Positions 43,209-54,641 of a DNA stretch of 64,000 nt are shown here, one piece after another. The notes under the pieces were generated by a model. The model saw nothing but the letters and a program-made list of their open reading frames with translations, was not told the DNA's origin and did not search any database. Source of the stretch: Escherichia phage vb_EcoM_bov9_1; sequence record MT884006.2; one strand, given 5' to 3'. Both the position numbers and the translations under genes were made by a program. Each line of letters opens with the position of its first letter. Positions within the stretch are counted from its first letter, which is position 1.

Positions 43209-43543
43209 AGTAGAAAATCTAATGTATTAGTTTTTTCACAACGAACAACAGAAGGACGTAAAAGATTTTCGTCAATAGCTTCTGACTGAATTTTTTCAAT
43301 TATACCCGAAGGAATAAATTTAGCAAATTGAGTTTCAGGAATAGAATTTTCTTCTAGGAATGCTGTTGTAGCTTCAAGATAACTCATTCCAAACTCTTCT
43401 ACCATTTTTTCAATAATAAATCCATTTTCTTGACGATCAAGAAGCTTTGCTATTTCATCCTTTTCTTTCTTGATTGAAAGTTCTTTTTCTGAAAGACCGG
43501 TCTCATCGACCGGACGAATATCATTTAGAGAAAACTGTGTCAT
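43205..43543 (-). CDS. 33: gp33 late transcription co-activator
   Basis: 112 aa from ATG 43543; MTQFSLNDIRPVDETGLSEKEL. Confidence 0.88.
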   Translation of the reverse strand: MTQFSLNDIRPVDETGLSEKELSIKKEKDEIAKLLDRQENGFIIEKMVEEFGMSYLEATTAFLEENSIPETQFAKFIPSGIIEKIQSEAIDENLLRPSVVRCEKTNTLDFLL

Positions 43544-43790
43544 AAAGTTCAACTACCTCTTCAGTTTCAGCTTCAAACACATCACGGTTATCTTTATGAT
43601 ACAAAGCTAACAGACGATTAAACATCTTACCATCAACGCCAAGTTCATCTTTAGCACGAATTCGAATATCTTTAATCAGTTCATTATAACCGGAAATTTT
43701 CAGTTTATGATCAGATGCTTCTTTAATAAATTTAGCCAAGTCTTCGCCATGGATAGCTTCATCAAATTCAACCATTTCTTTTTTAGCCAT
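43521..43790 (-). CDS. dsbA: DsbA double-stranded DNA-binding protein
   Basis: 89 aa; overlaps gene 33 start; T4 order rnh-dsbA-33. Confidence 0.85.
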   Translation of the reverse strand: MAKKEMVEFDEAIHGEDLAKFIKEASDHKLKISGYNELIKDIRIRAKDELGVDGKMFNRLLALYHKDNRDVFEAETEEVVELYDTVFSK

Positions 43791-43798
43791 TATTCACC

Positions 43799-44716
43799 TC
43801 AAAATTCATTAATGCTATTAGTTAATTTAGAAAGACCCGCTTTTACAAAATATGAATAAATTTTGCCACGCGGTGGTAATTTATATGAATTATAGTAATT
43901 CACAATGTTTGAAGCAATATTATCAGGAATATAATCAAAATCAATTAGAACTAAATTTTCTTTATAACGATTATATTCAGATTCTGTGAGAAGCACCTTA
44001 GCTTGCTCACGGTCATTAGCAATGGCTTCAACGATTGAAGTTTTCATTGAAGGAGTTCGTTCACCTTCAACTCTGGTAAACCAAAAGTCAGATCGTACTT
44101 TAACTGAAGCAACGTTATCCTTTTTGTCGCCTTTAAGGATTTTAGTCATACAGTCAATTTCAGCAGAACCGTTTTTAATTTTAACCCATTTCTTATGCAT
44201 CGGCGACCATTGCTTGACATTTGGATATTTGTGAAGCTGCGTAAAGTCACCATCCGACGAAATGATTAAAATCTTATGTCCTTCTAAAGAGAACTTTTTA
44301 ACAAGAACGGCAATATGGTCATCTGCTTCATACTTATCAATATCCATAACAATGTATGGCATATAAGCTTTCAATTCATCTATAACTTTATGACTGGATT
44401 CAAAATAACCTTCCCAGTCCCAAGTAGATTCTTCTCGTGCTTTTCCACGGTTTTTCTTATAATAATAAGCGAAATCACGACGCCAATATCCAGATTTCGC
44501 ATTATCAATACACAGTACAATTTTAGTGTATCCAAGAGTTTTTGCTTTTTTGACATTAAACTTAATTGAGTTCAATATCAAATGACGAACCATTGATAAA
44601 TTAATTTTTTCTTTATCTGGGAAGTTTACCAAAGCAGTTGAAAGCGCAATTTGACTAAAGTCAATTAAGCAAATTCCTTCTTTGTAATCTTCATCCAGCA
44701 TCATTTCTAAATCCAT
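43799..44716 (-). CDS. rnh: RNase H (5'-3' exonuclease, FEN family)
   Basis: 305 aa from ATG 44716 (track used TTG 44731); MDLEMMLDEDYKEGICLIDFSQIALS. Confidence 0.9.
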   Translation of the reverse strand: MDLEMMLDEDYKEGICLIDFSQIALSTALVNFPDKEKINLSMVRHLILNSIKFNVKKAKTLGYTKIVLCIDNAKSGYWRRDFAYYYKKNRGKAREESTWDWEGYFESSHKVIDELKAYMPYIVMDIDKYEADDHIAVLVKKFSLEGHKILIISSDGDFTQLHKYPNVKQWSPMHKKWVKIKNGSAEIDCMTKILKGDKKDNVASVKVRSDFWFTRVEGERTPSMKTSIVEAIANDREQAKVLLTESEYNRYKENLVLIDFDYIPDNIASNIVNYYNSYKLPPRGKIYSYFVKAGLSKLTNSINEF

Positions 44717-44778
44717 ATGAACCTCGTTCAATTAGTGAGATTTCTATTATATACCATCCAAATCTTAAAGTAAACAAG

Positions 44779-44786
44779 TATAAATA
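44779..44786 (+). promoter_or_regulatory. Late promoter (TATAAATA) for gene 34
   Basis: Exact TATAAATA 34 nt upstream of ATG; AGGAGCC site. Confidence 0.6.
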
Positions 44787-44820
44787 CTTATTATTGAAAA
44801 CACAATAGGAGCCCGGGAGA

Positions 44821-47800
44821 ATGGCCGAGATTAAAAGAAAGTTCAGAGCAGAAGATGGTCTGGACGCAGGTGGTGATAAAATAATCAACGTAGCTTTAGC
44901 TGATCGTGCCGTAGGAACTGACGGTGTTAACGTTGATTACTTAATTCAAGAAAACACAGTTCAACAATACGATCCAACTCGTGGATATTTAAAAGATTTT
45001 GTAATCATTTATGATAACCGCTTTTGGGCTGCTATAAATGATATTCCAAAACCGGCAGGAGCTTTTAATAGCGGACGCTGGAGAGCATTACGTACCGATG
45101 CTAACTGGATTACAGTCTCATCTGGTTCATATCAATTAAAATCCGGTGAAGCAATTTCGGTTAACACCGCAGCTGGAAATGACATCACGTTTACTTTACC
45201 ATCTTCTCCAATTGATGGCGATACTATCGTTCTCCAAGATATTGGAGGAAAACCTGGAGTTAACCAAGTTTTAATTGTAGCTCCAGTACAAAGTATTGTA
45301 AACTTTAGAGGTGAACAGGTACGTTCAGTACTAATGACCCATCCAAAGTCACAGCTAGTTTTAATTTTTAGTAATCGTCTGTGGCAAATGTATGTTGCTG
45401 ATTATAGTAGAGAAGCTGTAATTGTAACACCAGCGAATACTTATCAAGCGCAATCAAATGATTTTATCGTACGTAGATTTACTTCTGCTGCACCAATTAA
45501 TGTTAAACTTCCAAGATTTGCTAATCATGGCGATATTATTAATTTCGTTGATTTAGATAAACTGAATCCACTTTATCATACAATTGTTACTACATACGAT
45601 GAAACGACTTCAGTACAAGAAGTTGGAACTCATTCCATTGAAGGCCGTACATCGATTGACGGTTTCTTGATGTTCGATGATAATGAGAAATTGTGGAGAT
45701 TGTTTGACGGGGATAGTAAAGCGCGTTTACGCATTATAACGACTAATTCTAATATTCGTCCAAATGAAGAAGTTATGGTATTTGGTGCGAATAACGGAAC
45801 AACTCAAACAATTGAGCTTCAGCTTCCTACTGATATTTCCGTTGGTGATACTGTTAAAATTTCCATGAATTACATGAGAAAAGGACAAACAGTTAAAATC
45901 AAGGCTGCGGGCGAAGATAAAATTGCTTCTTCAGTTCAATTACTGCAATTCCCAAAACGCTCAGAATATCCGCCTGAGGCTGAATGGGTAACAGTTCAAG
46001 AATTAGTTTTTAACGGTGAAACTAATTATGTTCCAGTTTTGGAGCTTGCTTACATAGAAGATTCTGATGGAAAATACTGGGTTGTGCAACAAAATGTTCC
46101 AACTGTAGAAAGAGTAGATTCTTTAAATGATTCTACTAGAGCAAGATTAGGCGTAATTGCTTTAGCTACACAAGCTCAAGCTAATGTCGATTTAGAAAAT
46201 TCTCCACAAAAAGAATTAGCAATTACTCCAGAAACGTTAGCTAATCGTACTGCTACTGAAACTCGCAGAGGTATTGCAAGAATAGCAACTACTGCTCAAG
46301 TAAATCAGAACACAACATTCTCTTTTGCTGACGATATTATCATCACTCCTAAAAAGCTGAATGAAAGAACGGCTACTGAAACTCGTAGAGGTGTTGCTGA
46401 AATTGCTACGCAGCAGGAAACTAATACAGGAACCGATGATACTACAATCATTACTCCTAAAAAGCTTCAAGCTCGTCAAGGTTCTGAATCATTATCTGGT
46501 ATTGTAACTTTTGTATCTACTGCAGGTGCTACTCCAGCTTCTAGCCGTGAATTAAATGGTACGAATGTTTATAATAAAAACACTAATAATTTAGTTGTTT
46601 CACCTAAAGCTTTGGACCAGTATAAAGCTACTCCAACACAGCAAGGTGCAGTAATTTTAGCAGTTGAAAGTGAAGTAATTGCTGGACAAAGTCAACAAGG
46701 ATGGGCAAATGCTGTTGTAACGCCAGAAACGTTACATAAAAAGACATCAACTGATGGAAGAATTGGTTTAATTGAAATTGCTACGCAAAGTGAAGTTAAT
46801 ACAGGAACTGATTATACTCGTGCAGTCACTCCTAAAACTTTAAATGACCGTAGAGCAACTGAAAGTTTAAGTGGTATAGCTGAAATTGCTACACAAGTTG
46901 AATTCGACGCAGGCGTCGACGATACTCGTATCTCTACACCATTAAAAATTAAAACTAGATTTAATAGTACTGATCGTACTTCTGTTGTTGCTCTATCTGG
47001 ATTAGTTGAATCAGGAACTCTCTGGGACCATTATACCCTTAATATTCTTGAAGCAAATGAGACACAGCGTGGTACACTTCGTGTAGCTACACAGGTTGAA
47101 GCTGCTGCAGGAACATTAGATAATGTTTTAATAACTCCTAAAAAGCTTTTAGGTACTAAATCTACCGAATCACAAGAAGGTGTTATTAAAGTTGCAACTC
47201 AGTCTGAAACTGTGACTGGAACATCAGCAAATACTGCTGTATCTCCAAAAAATTTAAAATGGATTGTGCAGAGTGAACCTACCTGGGCAGCTACTACTGC
47301 GGTAAGAGGTTTTGTTAAAACTTCATCTGGTTCAATTACATTCGTTGGTAATGATACAGTAGGTTCTACACAGAACTTAGAGCTATACGAGAAAAATAGC
47401 TATGCAGTATCACCGTATGAATTAAACCGTGTATTAGCAAATTACTTGCCATTAAAAGCAAAAGCTGCTGACACGAATTTATTGGATGGTCTAGATTCAT
47501 CTCAGTTCATTCGTAGGGACATTGCACAGACGGTTAATGGTTCACTAACCTTAACCCAACAAACGAATCTGAGTGCCCCTCTTGTATCATCTAGTACTGC
47601 TACGTTTGGTGGTTCAGTTTCGGCAAATAGTACATTAACTATTTCTAATACTGGTACGTCTTCTTCTCGATTTACATTTGAGAAGGGCCCTGCTTCTGGT
47701 AGTAATGCTGATTCTGCATTGCATGTTCGTGTATGGGGTAATAAGTACAGCGGCGGTTCTGATGTAACTCGCGCAACGATTATAGAATTCTATGATGCTT

Positions 47801-48693
47801 CCGGCACTCATTTCTATTCTCAAAGAGATACGTCAAATAATGTGTTGTTCAACATTTCAGGTACAATGCAATCAGTCCATGCTAGCGTTCGTGGTGTTCT
47901 GAACGTTACAGGTGTCTCAACATTTGGTAGATCAGTTACTGCTAATGGTGAATTCATCAGCAAATCATCGAATGCTTTCAGAGCAATTAGTGGTGATTAT
48001 GGATTCTTTATTCGCAATGATGCTGCTAATACCTATTTTATGCTCACTGCATCAGGTGATCAGACTGGCGGATTTAATGGATTACGTCCTTTGGCTATTA
48101 ATAATGCATCTGGCCAAGTAACGATTGGTGAAGGCTTAATCATCGCCAAAGGTGCTACTATAAATTCAGGTGGTTTGACTGTTAACTCGAGAATTCGTTC
48201 TCAGGGTAATAAAACATCTGATTTATATACCCGTGCGCCAACATCTGATACTGTAGGATTCTGGTCAATTGATATTAACGATTCAGCCACTTATAACCAG
48301 TTCCCGGGTTATTTTAAAATGGTTGAAAAAACTAATGAAGTGACTGGTCTTCCATATTTAGAACGTGGCGAAGAAGTTAAATCTCCTGGTACACTGACTC
48401 AGTTTGGTAACACACTTGATTCGCTTTACCAAGATTGGATTACTTATCCAACAACTCCAGAAGCGCGTACCACTCGTTGGACCCGCACATGGCAGAAAAC
48501 CAAAAATTCTTGGTCAAGTTTTGTTCAGGTATTTGATGGAGGTAACCCTCCTCAACCGTCTGATATCGGTGCTTTACCATCTGATAATGCTACAATGGGT
48601 AATCTTACTATTCGTGATTTCTTACGAATTGGTAATGTTCGCATTATTCCTGACCCAGTGAATAAAACTGTTAAATTTGAATGGGTTGAATAA
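44821..48693 (+). CDS. 34: Long tail fibre proximal subunit gp34
   Basis: 1290 aa; internal repeated ATETRRG-IAT motifs; T4 order 34-35-36-37. Confidence 0.93.
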   Translation: MAEIKRKFRAEDGLDAGGDKIINVALADRAVGTDGVNVDYLIQENTVQQYDPTRGYLKDFVIIYDNRFWAAINDIPKPAGAFNSGRWRALRTDANWITVSSGSYQLKSGEAISVNTAAGNDITFTLPSSPIDGDTIVLQDIGGKPGVNQVLIVAPVQSIVNFRGEQVRSVLMTHPKSQLVLIFSNRLWQMYVADYSREAVIVTPANTYQAQSNDFIVRRFTSAAPINVKLPRFANHGDIINFVDLDKLNPLYHTIVTTYDETTSVQEVGTHSIEGRTSIDGFLMFDDNEKLWRLFDGDSKARLRIITTNSNIRPNEEVMVFGANNGTTQTIELQLPTDISVGDTVKISMNYMRKGQTVKIKAAGEDKIASSVQLLQFPKRSEYPPEAEWVTVQELVFNGETNYVPVLELAYIEDSDGKYWVVQQNVPTVERVDSLNDSTRARLGVIALATQAQANVDLENSPQKELAITPETLANRTATETRRGIARIATTAQVNQNTTFSFADDIIITPKKLNERTATETRRGVAEIATQQETNTGTDDTTIITPKKLQARQGSESLSGIVTFVSTAGATPASSRELNGTNVYNKNTNNLVVSPKALDQYKATPTQQGAVILAVESEVIAGQSQQGWANAVVTPETLHKKTSTDGRIGLIEIATQSEVNTGTDYTRAVTPKTLNDRRATESLSGIAEIATQVEFDAGVDDTRISTPLKIKTRFNSTDRTSVVALSGLVESGTLWDHYTLNILEANETQRGTLRVATQVEAAAGTLDNVLITPKKLLGTKSTESQEGVIKVATQSETVTGTSANTAVSPKNLKWIVQSEPTWAATTAVRGFVKTSSGSITFVGNDTVGSTQNLELYEKNSYAVSPYELNRVLANYLPLKAKAADTNLLDGLDSSQFIRRDIAQTVNGSLTLTQQTNLSAPLVSSSTATFGGSVSANSTLTISNTGTSSSRFTFEKGPASGSNADSALHVRVWGNKYSGGSDVTRATIIEFYDASGTHFYSQRDTSNNVLFNISGTMQSVHASVRGVLNVTGVSTFGRSVTANGEFISKSSNAFRAISGDYGFFIRNDAANTYFMLTASGDQTGGFNGLRPLAINNASGQVTIGEGLIIAKGATINSGGLTVNSRIRSQGNKTSDLYTRAPTSDTVGFWSIDINDSATYNQFPGYFKMVEKTNEVTGLPYLERGEEVKSPGTLTQFGNTLDSLYQDWITYPTTPEARTTRWTRTWQKTKNSWSSFVQVFDGGNPPQPSDIGALPSDNATMGNLTIRDFLRIGNVRIIPDPVNKTVKFEWVE

Positions 48694-48701
48694 GAGGTAT
48701 T

Positions 48702-49817
48702 ATGGAAAAATTTATGGCAGAGTTTGGACAAGGATATGTCCAAACGCCATTTTTATCGGAAAGCAATTCAGTAAGATATAAAATAAGTATAGCGGGTTCT
48801 TGCCCGCTTTCTACCGCAGGACCATACGTTAAATTTCAGGATAATCCTGTAGGAAGTCAAACATTTAGTGCAGGTCTTCATTTAAGAGTTTTTGACCCTT
48901 CCACGGGAGCATTGGTTGATAGTAAGTCATATGTTTTTTCGACTTCAAATGATACTACATCAGCTGCTTTTGTTAGTTTCATGAATTCTTTTTCAAGCAA
49001 TAGACTTGTTGCCATATTAACTAGCGGAAAGGTTAATTTTCCTCCTGAAGTAGTATCTTGGTTAAGAACGGCAGGAACATCTGCTTTTCCATCTGATTCT
49101 TTATTGTCAAGATTTGATGTATCATATGCTGCCTTTTACACTTCTTCTAAAAGAGCTATCGCACTAGAGCATGTTAAACTGAGTAACAGAAAAAGCACAG
49201 ATGACTATCAAACTATATTAGATGTAGTATTTGACAGTTTAGAAGATGTTGGAGCGACAGGATTTCCTAAAAGAACATATGAAAGCGTTGAGCAATTTAT
49301 GTCAGCTGTTGGTGGAACTAATAACGAAATTGCACGTCTACCTACAGCATCTGCAATAAGTAAACTTTCTGACTATAATTTAATTCCTGGAGATGTTCTT
49401 TATCTTAAAGCACAACTATATGCTGATGCTGATTTACTTGCTCTTGGAACTACAAATATATCTATCCGTTTTTATAATGCATCAAATGGATATATTTCCT
49501 CGACACAAGCTGAGTTTACCGGACAAGCTGGGTCTTGGGAATTAAAAGAAGATTATGTAGTTGTTCCTGAAAATGCAGTAGGATTTACGATATACGCACA
49601 GAGAACTGCACAAGCGGGTCAAGGCGGTATGAGAAATTTAAGCTTTTCTGAAGTGTCAAGAAATGGCGGCATTTCAAAACCTGCTGAGTTTGGCGTCAAT
49701 GGTATTCGAGTTAATTATATCTGCGAATCTGCTTCACCTCCAGATATAATGGTACTTCCTACGCAAGCATCGTCTAAAACTGGTAAAGTGTTTGGGCAAG
49801 AATTTAGAGAAGTTTAA
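48702..49817 (+). CDS. 35: Long tail fibre hinge protein gp35
   Basis: 371 aa; AGAGG site. Confidence 0.88.
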   Translation: MEKFMAEFGQGYVQTPFLSESNSVRYKISIAGSCPLSTAGPYVKFQDNPVGSQTFSAGLHLRVFDPSTGALVDSKSYVFSTSNDTTSAAFVSFMNSFSSNRLVAILTSGKVNFPPEVVSWLRTAGTSAFPSDSLLSRFDVSYAAFYTSSKRAIALEHVKLSNRKSTDDYQTILDVVFDSLEDVGATGFPKRTYESVEQFMSAVGGTNNEIARLPTASAISKLSDYNLIPGDVLYLKAQLYADADLLALGTTNISIRFYNASNGYISSTQAEFTGQAGSWELKEDYVVVPENAVGFTIYAQRTAQAGQGGMRNLSFSEVSRNGGISKPAEFGVNGIRVNYICESASPPDIMVLPTQASSKTGKVFGQEFREV

Positions 49818-49822
49818 ATTGA

Positions 49823-49848
49823 GGGAGCCTTCGGGCTCCCTTTTTCTT
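49823..49848 (+). terminator. Terminator after gene 35
   Basis: gggagccTTCGggctccc then tttttcttt. Confidence 0.6.
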
Positions 49849-49856
49849 TATAAATA
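49849..49856 (+). promoter_or_regulatory. Late promoter (TATAAATA) for genes 36-37
   Basis: Exact TATAAATA 24 nt upstream of gene 36 ATG. Confidence 0.6.
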
Positions 49857-49879
49857 CTATTAAAATAAAGGGGCATACA

Positions 49880-50536
49880 ATGGCTGATTTAAAAGTAGGT
49901 TCAACAACTGGAGGCTCTGTCATTTGGCATCAAGGAAATTTTCCATTGAATCCAGCCGGTGACGATGTACTCTATAAATCATTTAAAATATATTCAGAAT
50001 ATAATAAACCACAAGCTGCTGATAACGATTTCGTTTCTAAAGCTAATGGTGGTACATATTTAAATAAAGTAATTTTTAATAAAGGAATGACTGTTCCTGG
50101 TGCTGGGTCAGGTGACAACGGTATTTTTGCCGGTCCTGGTGATAATGCCACATATGATACTACAAATATGGATATTGTTTCATGGTATGGTATCGGCTTT
50201 AAATCATCACAAGGGGCAGCAGGTAGAACTGTAGTAATTAACACACGAAACGGAGATATTAGCTCAAAGGGTGTAATTGAAGCATCACAAATACGCGCAA
50301 CTTCGTTATCACCAGTAAATAATTATGACCTTACGAGAAAAGATTATGTTGATGGAGCAATAAATATTGTTACAACAAATGCAAACTCTAGAGTATTACG
50401 CTCTGGAGACACTATGACAGGAAATTTAACTGCGCCAAACCTTTTTTCACAGAATCCTGCATCTCAACCCTCGCATGTTCCACGATTTGACCAAATCGTA
50501 ATTAAGGATTCTGTTCAAGATTTCGGCTATTATTAA
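49880..50536 (+). CDS. 36: Long tail fibre distal connector gp36
   Basis: 218 aa; AAAGGGG site. Confidence 0.85.
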   Translation: MADLKVGSTTGGSVIWHQGNFPLNPAGDDVLYKSFKIYSEYNKPQAADNDFVSKANGGTYLNKVIFNKGMTVPGAGSGDNGIFAGPGDNATYDTTNMDIVSWYGIGFKSSQGAAGRTVVINTRNGDISSKGVIEASQIRATSLSPVNNYDLTRKDYVDGAINIVTTNANSRVLRSGDTMTGNLTAPNLFSQNPASQPSHVPRFDQIVIKDSVQDFGYY

Positions 50537-50544
50537 GAGGACTT

Positions 50545-53500
50545 ATGGCTACTTTAAAACAAATACAATTTAAAAGAAGCAAAACTGCAGGAGCACGTCC
50601 TGCCGCTTCAGTATTAGCCGAAGGTGAATTGGCTATAAACTTAAAAGACCGTGTACTTTTTACTAAAGATGACCAAGGAAATATTATTGATCTGGGTTTT
50701 GCTAAAGGCGGTAGCATTGACGGGAATGTTATTCATATAGGAAACTATAATCAAACTGGTGATTATACTTTAAATGGCACCTTCACTCAGACAGGTAATT
50801 TTAATTTAACTGGTATTGCTCGAGTAACTCGCGATATTATTGCCGCCGGGCAGATTATGACTGAAGGCGGAGAACTTATTACAAAAAGTTCAGGTACAGC
50901 ACATGTTCGTTTTTTCGATGGCAATAGTCGCGAACGTGGAATCATTTATGCCCCGGCTAATGACGGTTTAACTACACAAGTACTTAATATCAGGGTTCAA
51001 GACTACGCCGCTGGTGATGAAAGCACCTATGCATTTTCGGGCAGTGGACTATTTACTTCACCTGAAGTATCAGCATGGAAATCTATTTCGTCTCCGCAAA
51101 TTCTGACTGATAAAGTTATTACAAATGGGAAGAAGACCGGCGATTATGATATCTATTCATTAGCAAATAACACTCCATTGGCAGAAAGCAAAACGGCTAT
51201 TAACCACCTCCGTGTTATGCGAAATGCCGTAGGATCTGGTATATTCCATGAAGTTAAAGATAACGACGGGATAACCTGGTACGCCGGTGATGGGTTAGAT
51301 GCCTATCTTTGGTCGTTTACCTGGTCCGGTGGATTGAAAGCAGGCCATTCTATTTCTGTTGGTACTCCTGGTGGCAATAAAGGATACTCTGAATTAGGGA
51401 CTGCTTCAATTTCTCTTGGTGATAATGATACTGGATTTAAATGGCATCAGGATGGATATTTCCATACAGTAAACAACGGAACAAGAACTTTCATTTACGG
51501 TCCTGCGGAAACACAAAGCCTTAGAAAAATGGTTATGGGTTATTCTCCGGATGGTGTTCTTATGACAACGCCACCGACAGAAAACTATGCTTTGGCTACT
51601 GTTGTTACTTACCATGATAATAATGCATACGGCGATGGTCAAACACTTTTAGGATATTATCAAGGTGGTAATTACCATCATTATTTTCGCGGTAAGGGTA
51701 CTACAAACATTAATACTCACGGCGGTTTGTTAGTTACTCCAGGTAATATTGATGTTATTGGCGGTTCTGTTAATATCGATGGTAGAAATAATGCTTCTAC
51801 ACTGATGTTTAGAGGTAACACAACTGGTAGTAGTTCAGTTGATAATATGACAATTTCCGTTTGGGGCAATACGTTTACTAATCCTAGTGTAGGTAATCGT
51901 AAAAACGTCATGGAAATTTCTGATGCAACTAGCTGGATGAGTTATATTCAAAGACTTACTACTGGCGAAGTAGAAATGAACGTTAATGGTTCATTTGAAT
52001 CATCTGGTGTTACTGCTGGAGATAGAGGAGTTCACACAACAGGTGAAATTTCATCTGGAGCAGTGAATGCTCTTCGTATTTGGAACGCAGATTATGGAGC
52101 CATTTTTAGACGTTCAGAAGGAAGTCTTCATATTATTCCAACTGCTTATGGCGAAGGCAAAGATGGCGATATTGGTCCACTTCGCCCATTTAGTATGGCT
52201 TTAGATACTGGTAAAGTTACTATTCCAGATTTACAATCAAGTTACAATACGTTCGCTGCTAACGGTTATATTAAATTTGTTGGTCATGGAGCGGGTGCCG
52301 GCGGTTATGACATTCAATATGCTCAAGCGGCTCCTATTTTCCAGGAAATTGATGATGATGCTGTAAGCAAATATTATCCTATTGTTAAACAGAAGTTTTT
52401 AAACGGTAAATCTGTTTGGTCTTTAGGTACCGAAATTGAATCAGGTACATTCGTTATTCATCATCTGAAAGAAGATGGTTCACAAGGCCATACATCAAGA
52501 TTTAATATGGATGGTACAGTTAATTTCCCTGATAATGTTCTGGTCGGTGGTGGTGAAGCTGCTATTGCTCGTAATGGTAATATTTTCTCGGATATTTGGA
52601 AAACGTTTACTTCTGCAGGCGACGTAACTAATATTCGCGATGCAATAGCTACTCGTGTTGCCAAAGAAGGTGATACGATGACCGGCACTCTTTGGATTAA
52701 TAAAGATGCTGCTGGAATAGTTCTTAATCCTCCTTTGGCCAGTGATTCATCATTTATTCGTTCCGATACGGCCGGGGTCAATAATTGGTATATTGGTAAA
52801 GGCGGTGCCGACAATGGTCTAGGTTTTTACAGTTATGTTACACAAGGCGGTGTATATATAACAAATAACGGAGAAATATCACTTTCTCCTCAAGGACAAG
52901 GAACATTTAATTTTAATAGAGACCGCCTCCATATAAACGGTACACAATGGACCGCACATCAAGCTGGTGACTGGGCTAACCAATGGCGTCAAGAAGCACC
53001 GGTATTTGTAGATTTTGGTAATGTCGGTAATGATAGTTATTATCCTATTATTAAAGGAAAATCCGGTATTACTGATGAAGGATACATATCTGGTGTAGAT
53101 TTTGGTATGCGACGCATTACTAATACATGGGCACAAGGTATTATCCGTGTAGGTAATCAGGAAAACGGTTCCGACCCACAAGCTATCTATGAATTTCACT
53201 CTAATGGTACTTTTTATGCTCCGAGCTTACTTAAGAGCGGTAGAGTATCAGCTGGTGGTGGTGACCCTGCATGGGGCGGGCCGTGTATTGTACTTGGAGA
53301 TAACGATACCGGTTTGCTTTGGGAAAACGATGGTATTTTCAACGCATATGCAAACGGCCAAGGTGTGTTTAGTTTTAGACCTGGTTTAGCTCAGACATTC
53401 GGTGATGTTAACTTCCACTGTAATGCAGGTATGTATGTTCGTGATAACATTGATGTTAACGACGTTTATATTCGTTCTGATATTCGTTGTAAGTCGGAAA

Positions 53501-53796
53501 TTAAGCTTATTAAGAACGCTCAAGAGAAATCTAAACTATTGGGCGGTTATACTTATCTGGTTAAAAACTCTGTTACAGACGAAGTTAAACCGTCCGCAGG
53601 TTTAATTGCTCAGGAAGTTCAAGAAGTATTACCTGAACTTGTTTCTGAAGATAAAGAGACCGGACTGCTTCGTTTGAACTATAACGGTATTATTGGTTTA
53701 AATACAGCTACAATCAACGAGCATACAGATGAAATCAAGGAATTGAAATCTGAAATTGCTGAATTGAAAGCATTAATTAAATCATTGATAAAATAA
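50545..53796 (+). CDS. 37: Long tail fibre distal subunit gp37 with C-terminal auto-cleaving chaperone-like domain
   Basis: 1083 aa; N-terminus MATLKQIQFKRSKTAGARPAAS; C-terminal SDIRCK motif and coiled-coil tail (53476-53793). Confidence 0.9.
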   Translation: MATLKQIQFKRSKTAGARPAASVLAEGELAINLKDRVLFTKDDQGNIIDLGFAKGGSIDGNVIHIGNYNQTGDYTLNGTFTQTGNFNLTGIARVTRDIIAAGQIMTEGGELITKSSGTAHVRFFDGNSRERGIIYAPANDGLTTQVLNIRVQDYAAGDESTYAFSGSGLFTSPEVSAWKSISSPQILTDKVITNGKKTGDYDIYSLANNTPLAESKTAINHLRVMRNAVGSGIFHEVKDNDGITWYAGDGLDAYLWSFTWSGGLKAGHSISVGTPGGNKGYSELGTASISLGDNDTGFKWHQDGYFHTVNNGTRTFIYGPAETQSLRKMVMGYSPDGVLMTTPPTENYALATVVTYHDNNAYGDGQTLLGYYQGGNYHHYFRGKGTTNINTHGGLLVTPGNIDVIGGSVNIDGRNNASTLMFRGNTTGSSSVDNMTISVWGNTFTNPSVGNRKNVMEISDATSWMSYIQRLTTGEVEMNVNGSFESSGVTAGDRGVHTTGEISSGAVNALRIWNADYGAIFRRSEGSLHIIPTAYGEGKDGDIGPLRPFSMALDTGKVTIPDLQSSYNTFAANGYIKFVGHGAGAGGYDIQYAQAAPIFQEIDDDAVSKYYPIVKQKFLNGKSVWSLGTEIESGTFVIHHLKEDGSQGHTSRFNMDGTVNFPDNVLVGGGEAAIARNGNIFSDIWKTFTSAGDVTNIRDAIATRVAKEGDTMTGTLWINKDAAGIVLNPPLASDSSFIRSDTAGVNNWYIGKGGADNGLGFYSYVTQGGVYITNNGEISLSPQGQGTFNFNRDRLHINGTQWTAHQAGDWANQWRQEAPVFVDFGNVGNDSYYPIIKGKSGITDEGYISGVDFGMRRITNTWAQGIIRVGNQENGSDPQAIYEFHSNGTFYAPSLLKSGRVSAGGGDPAWGGPCIVLGDNDTGLLWENDGIFNAYANGQGVFSFRPGLAQTFGDVNFHCNAGMYVRDNIDVNDVYIRSDIRCKSEIKLIKNAQEKSKLLGGYTYLVKNSVTDEVKPSAGLIAQEVQEVLPELVSEDKETGLLRLNYNGIIGLNTATINEHTDEIKELKSEIAELKALIKSLIK

Positions 53797-53799
53797 TAA

Positions 53800-54609
<810 letters not shown>

Positions 54610-54641
54610 TTTTTGAATAAATATCCTTAAAAGGAGGGTCT

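Noticed and set aside
54618-54626. Late promoter for holin t (GAATAAATA)
   Set aside because: One mismatch to TATAAATA at the first position; not reported as a feature.
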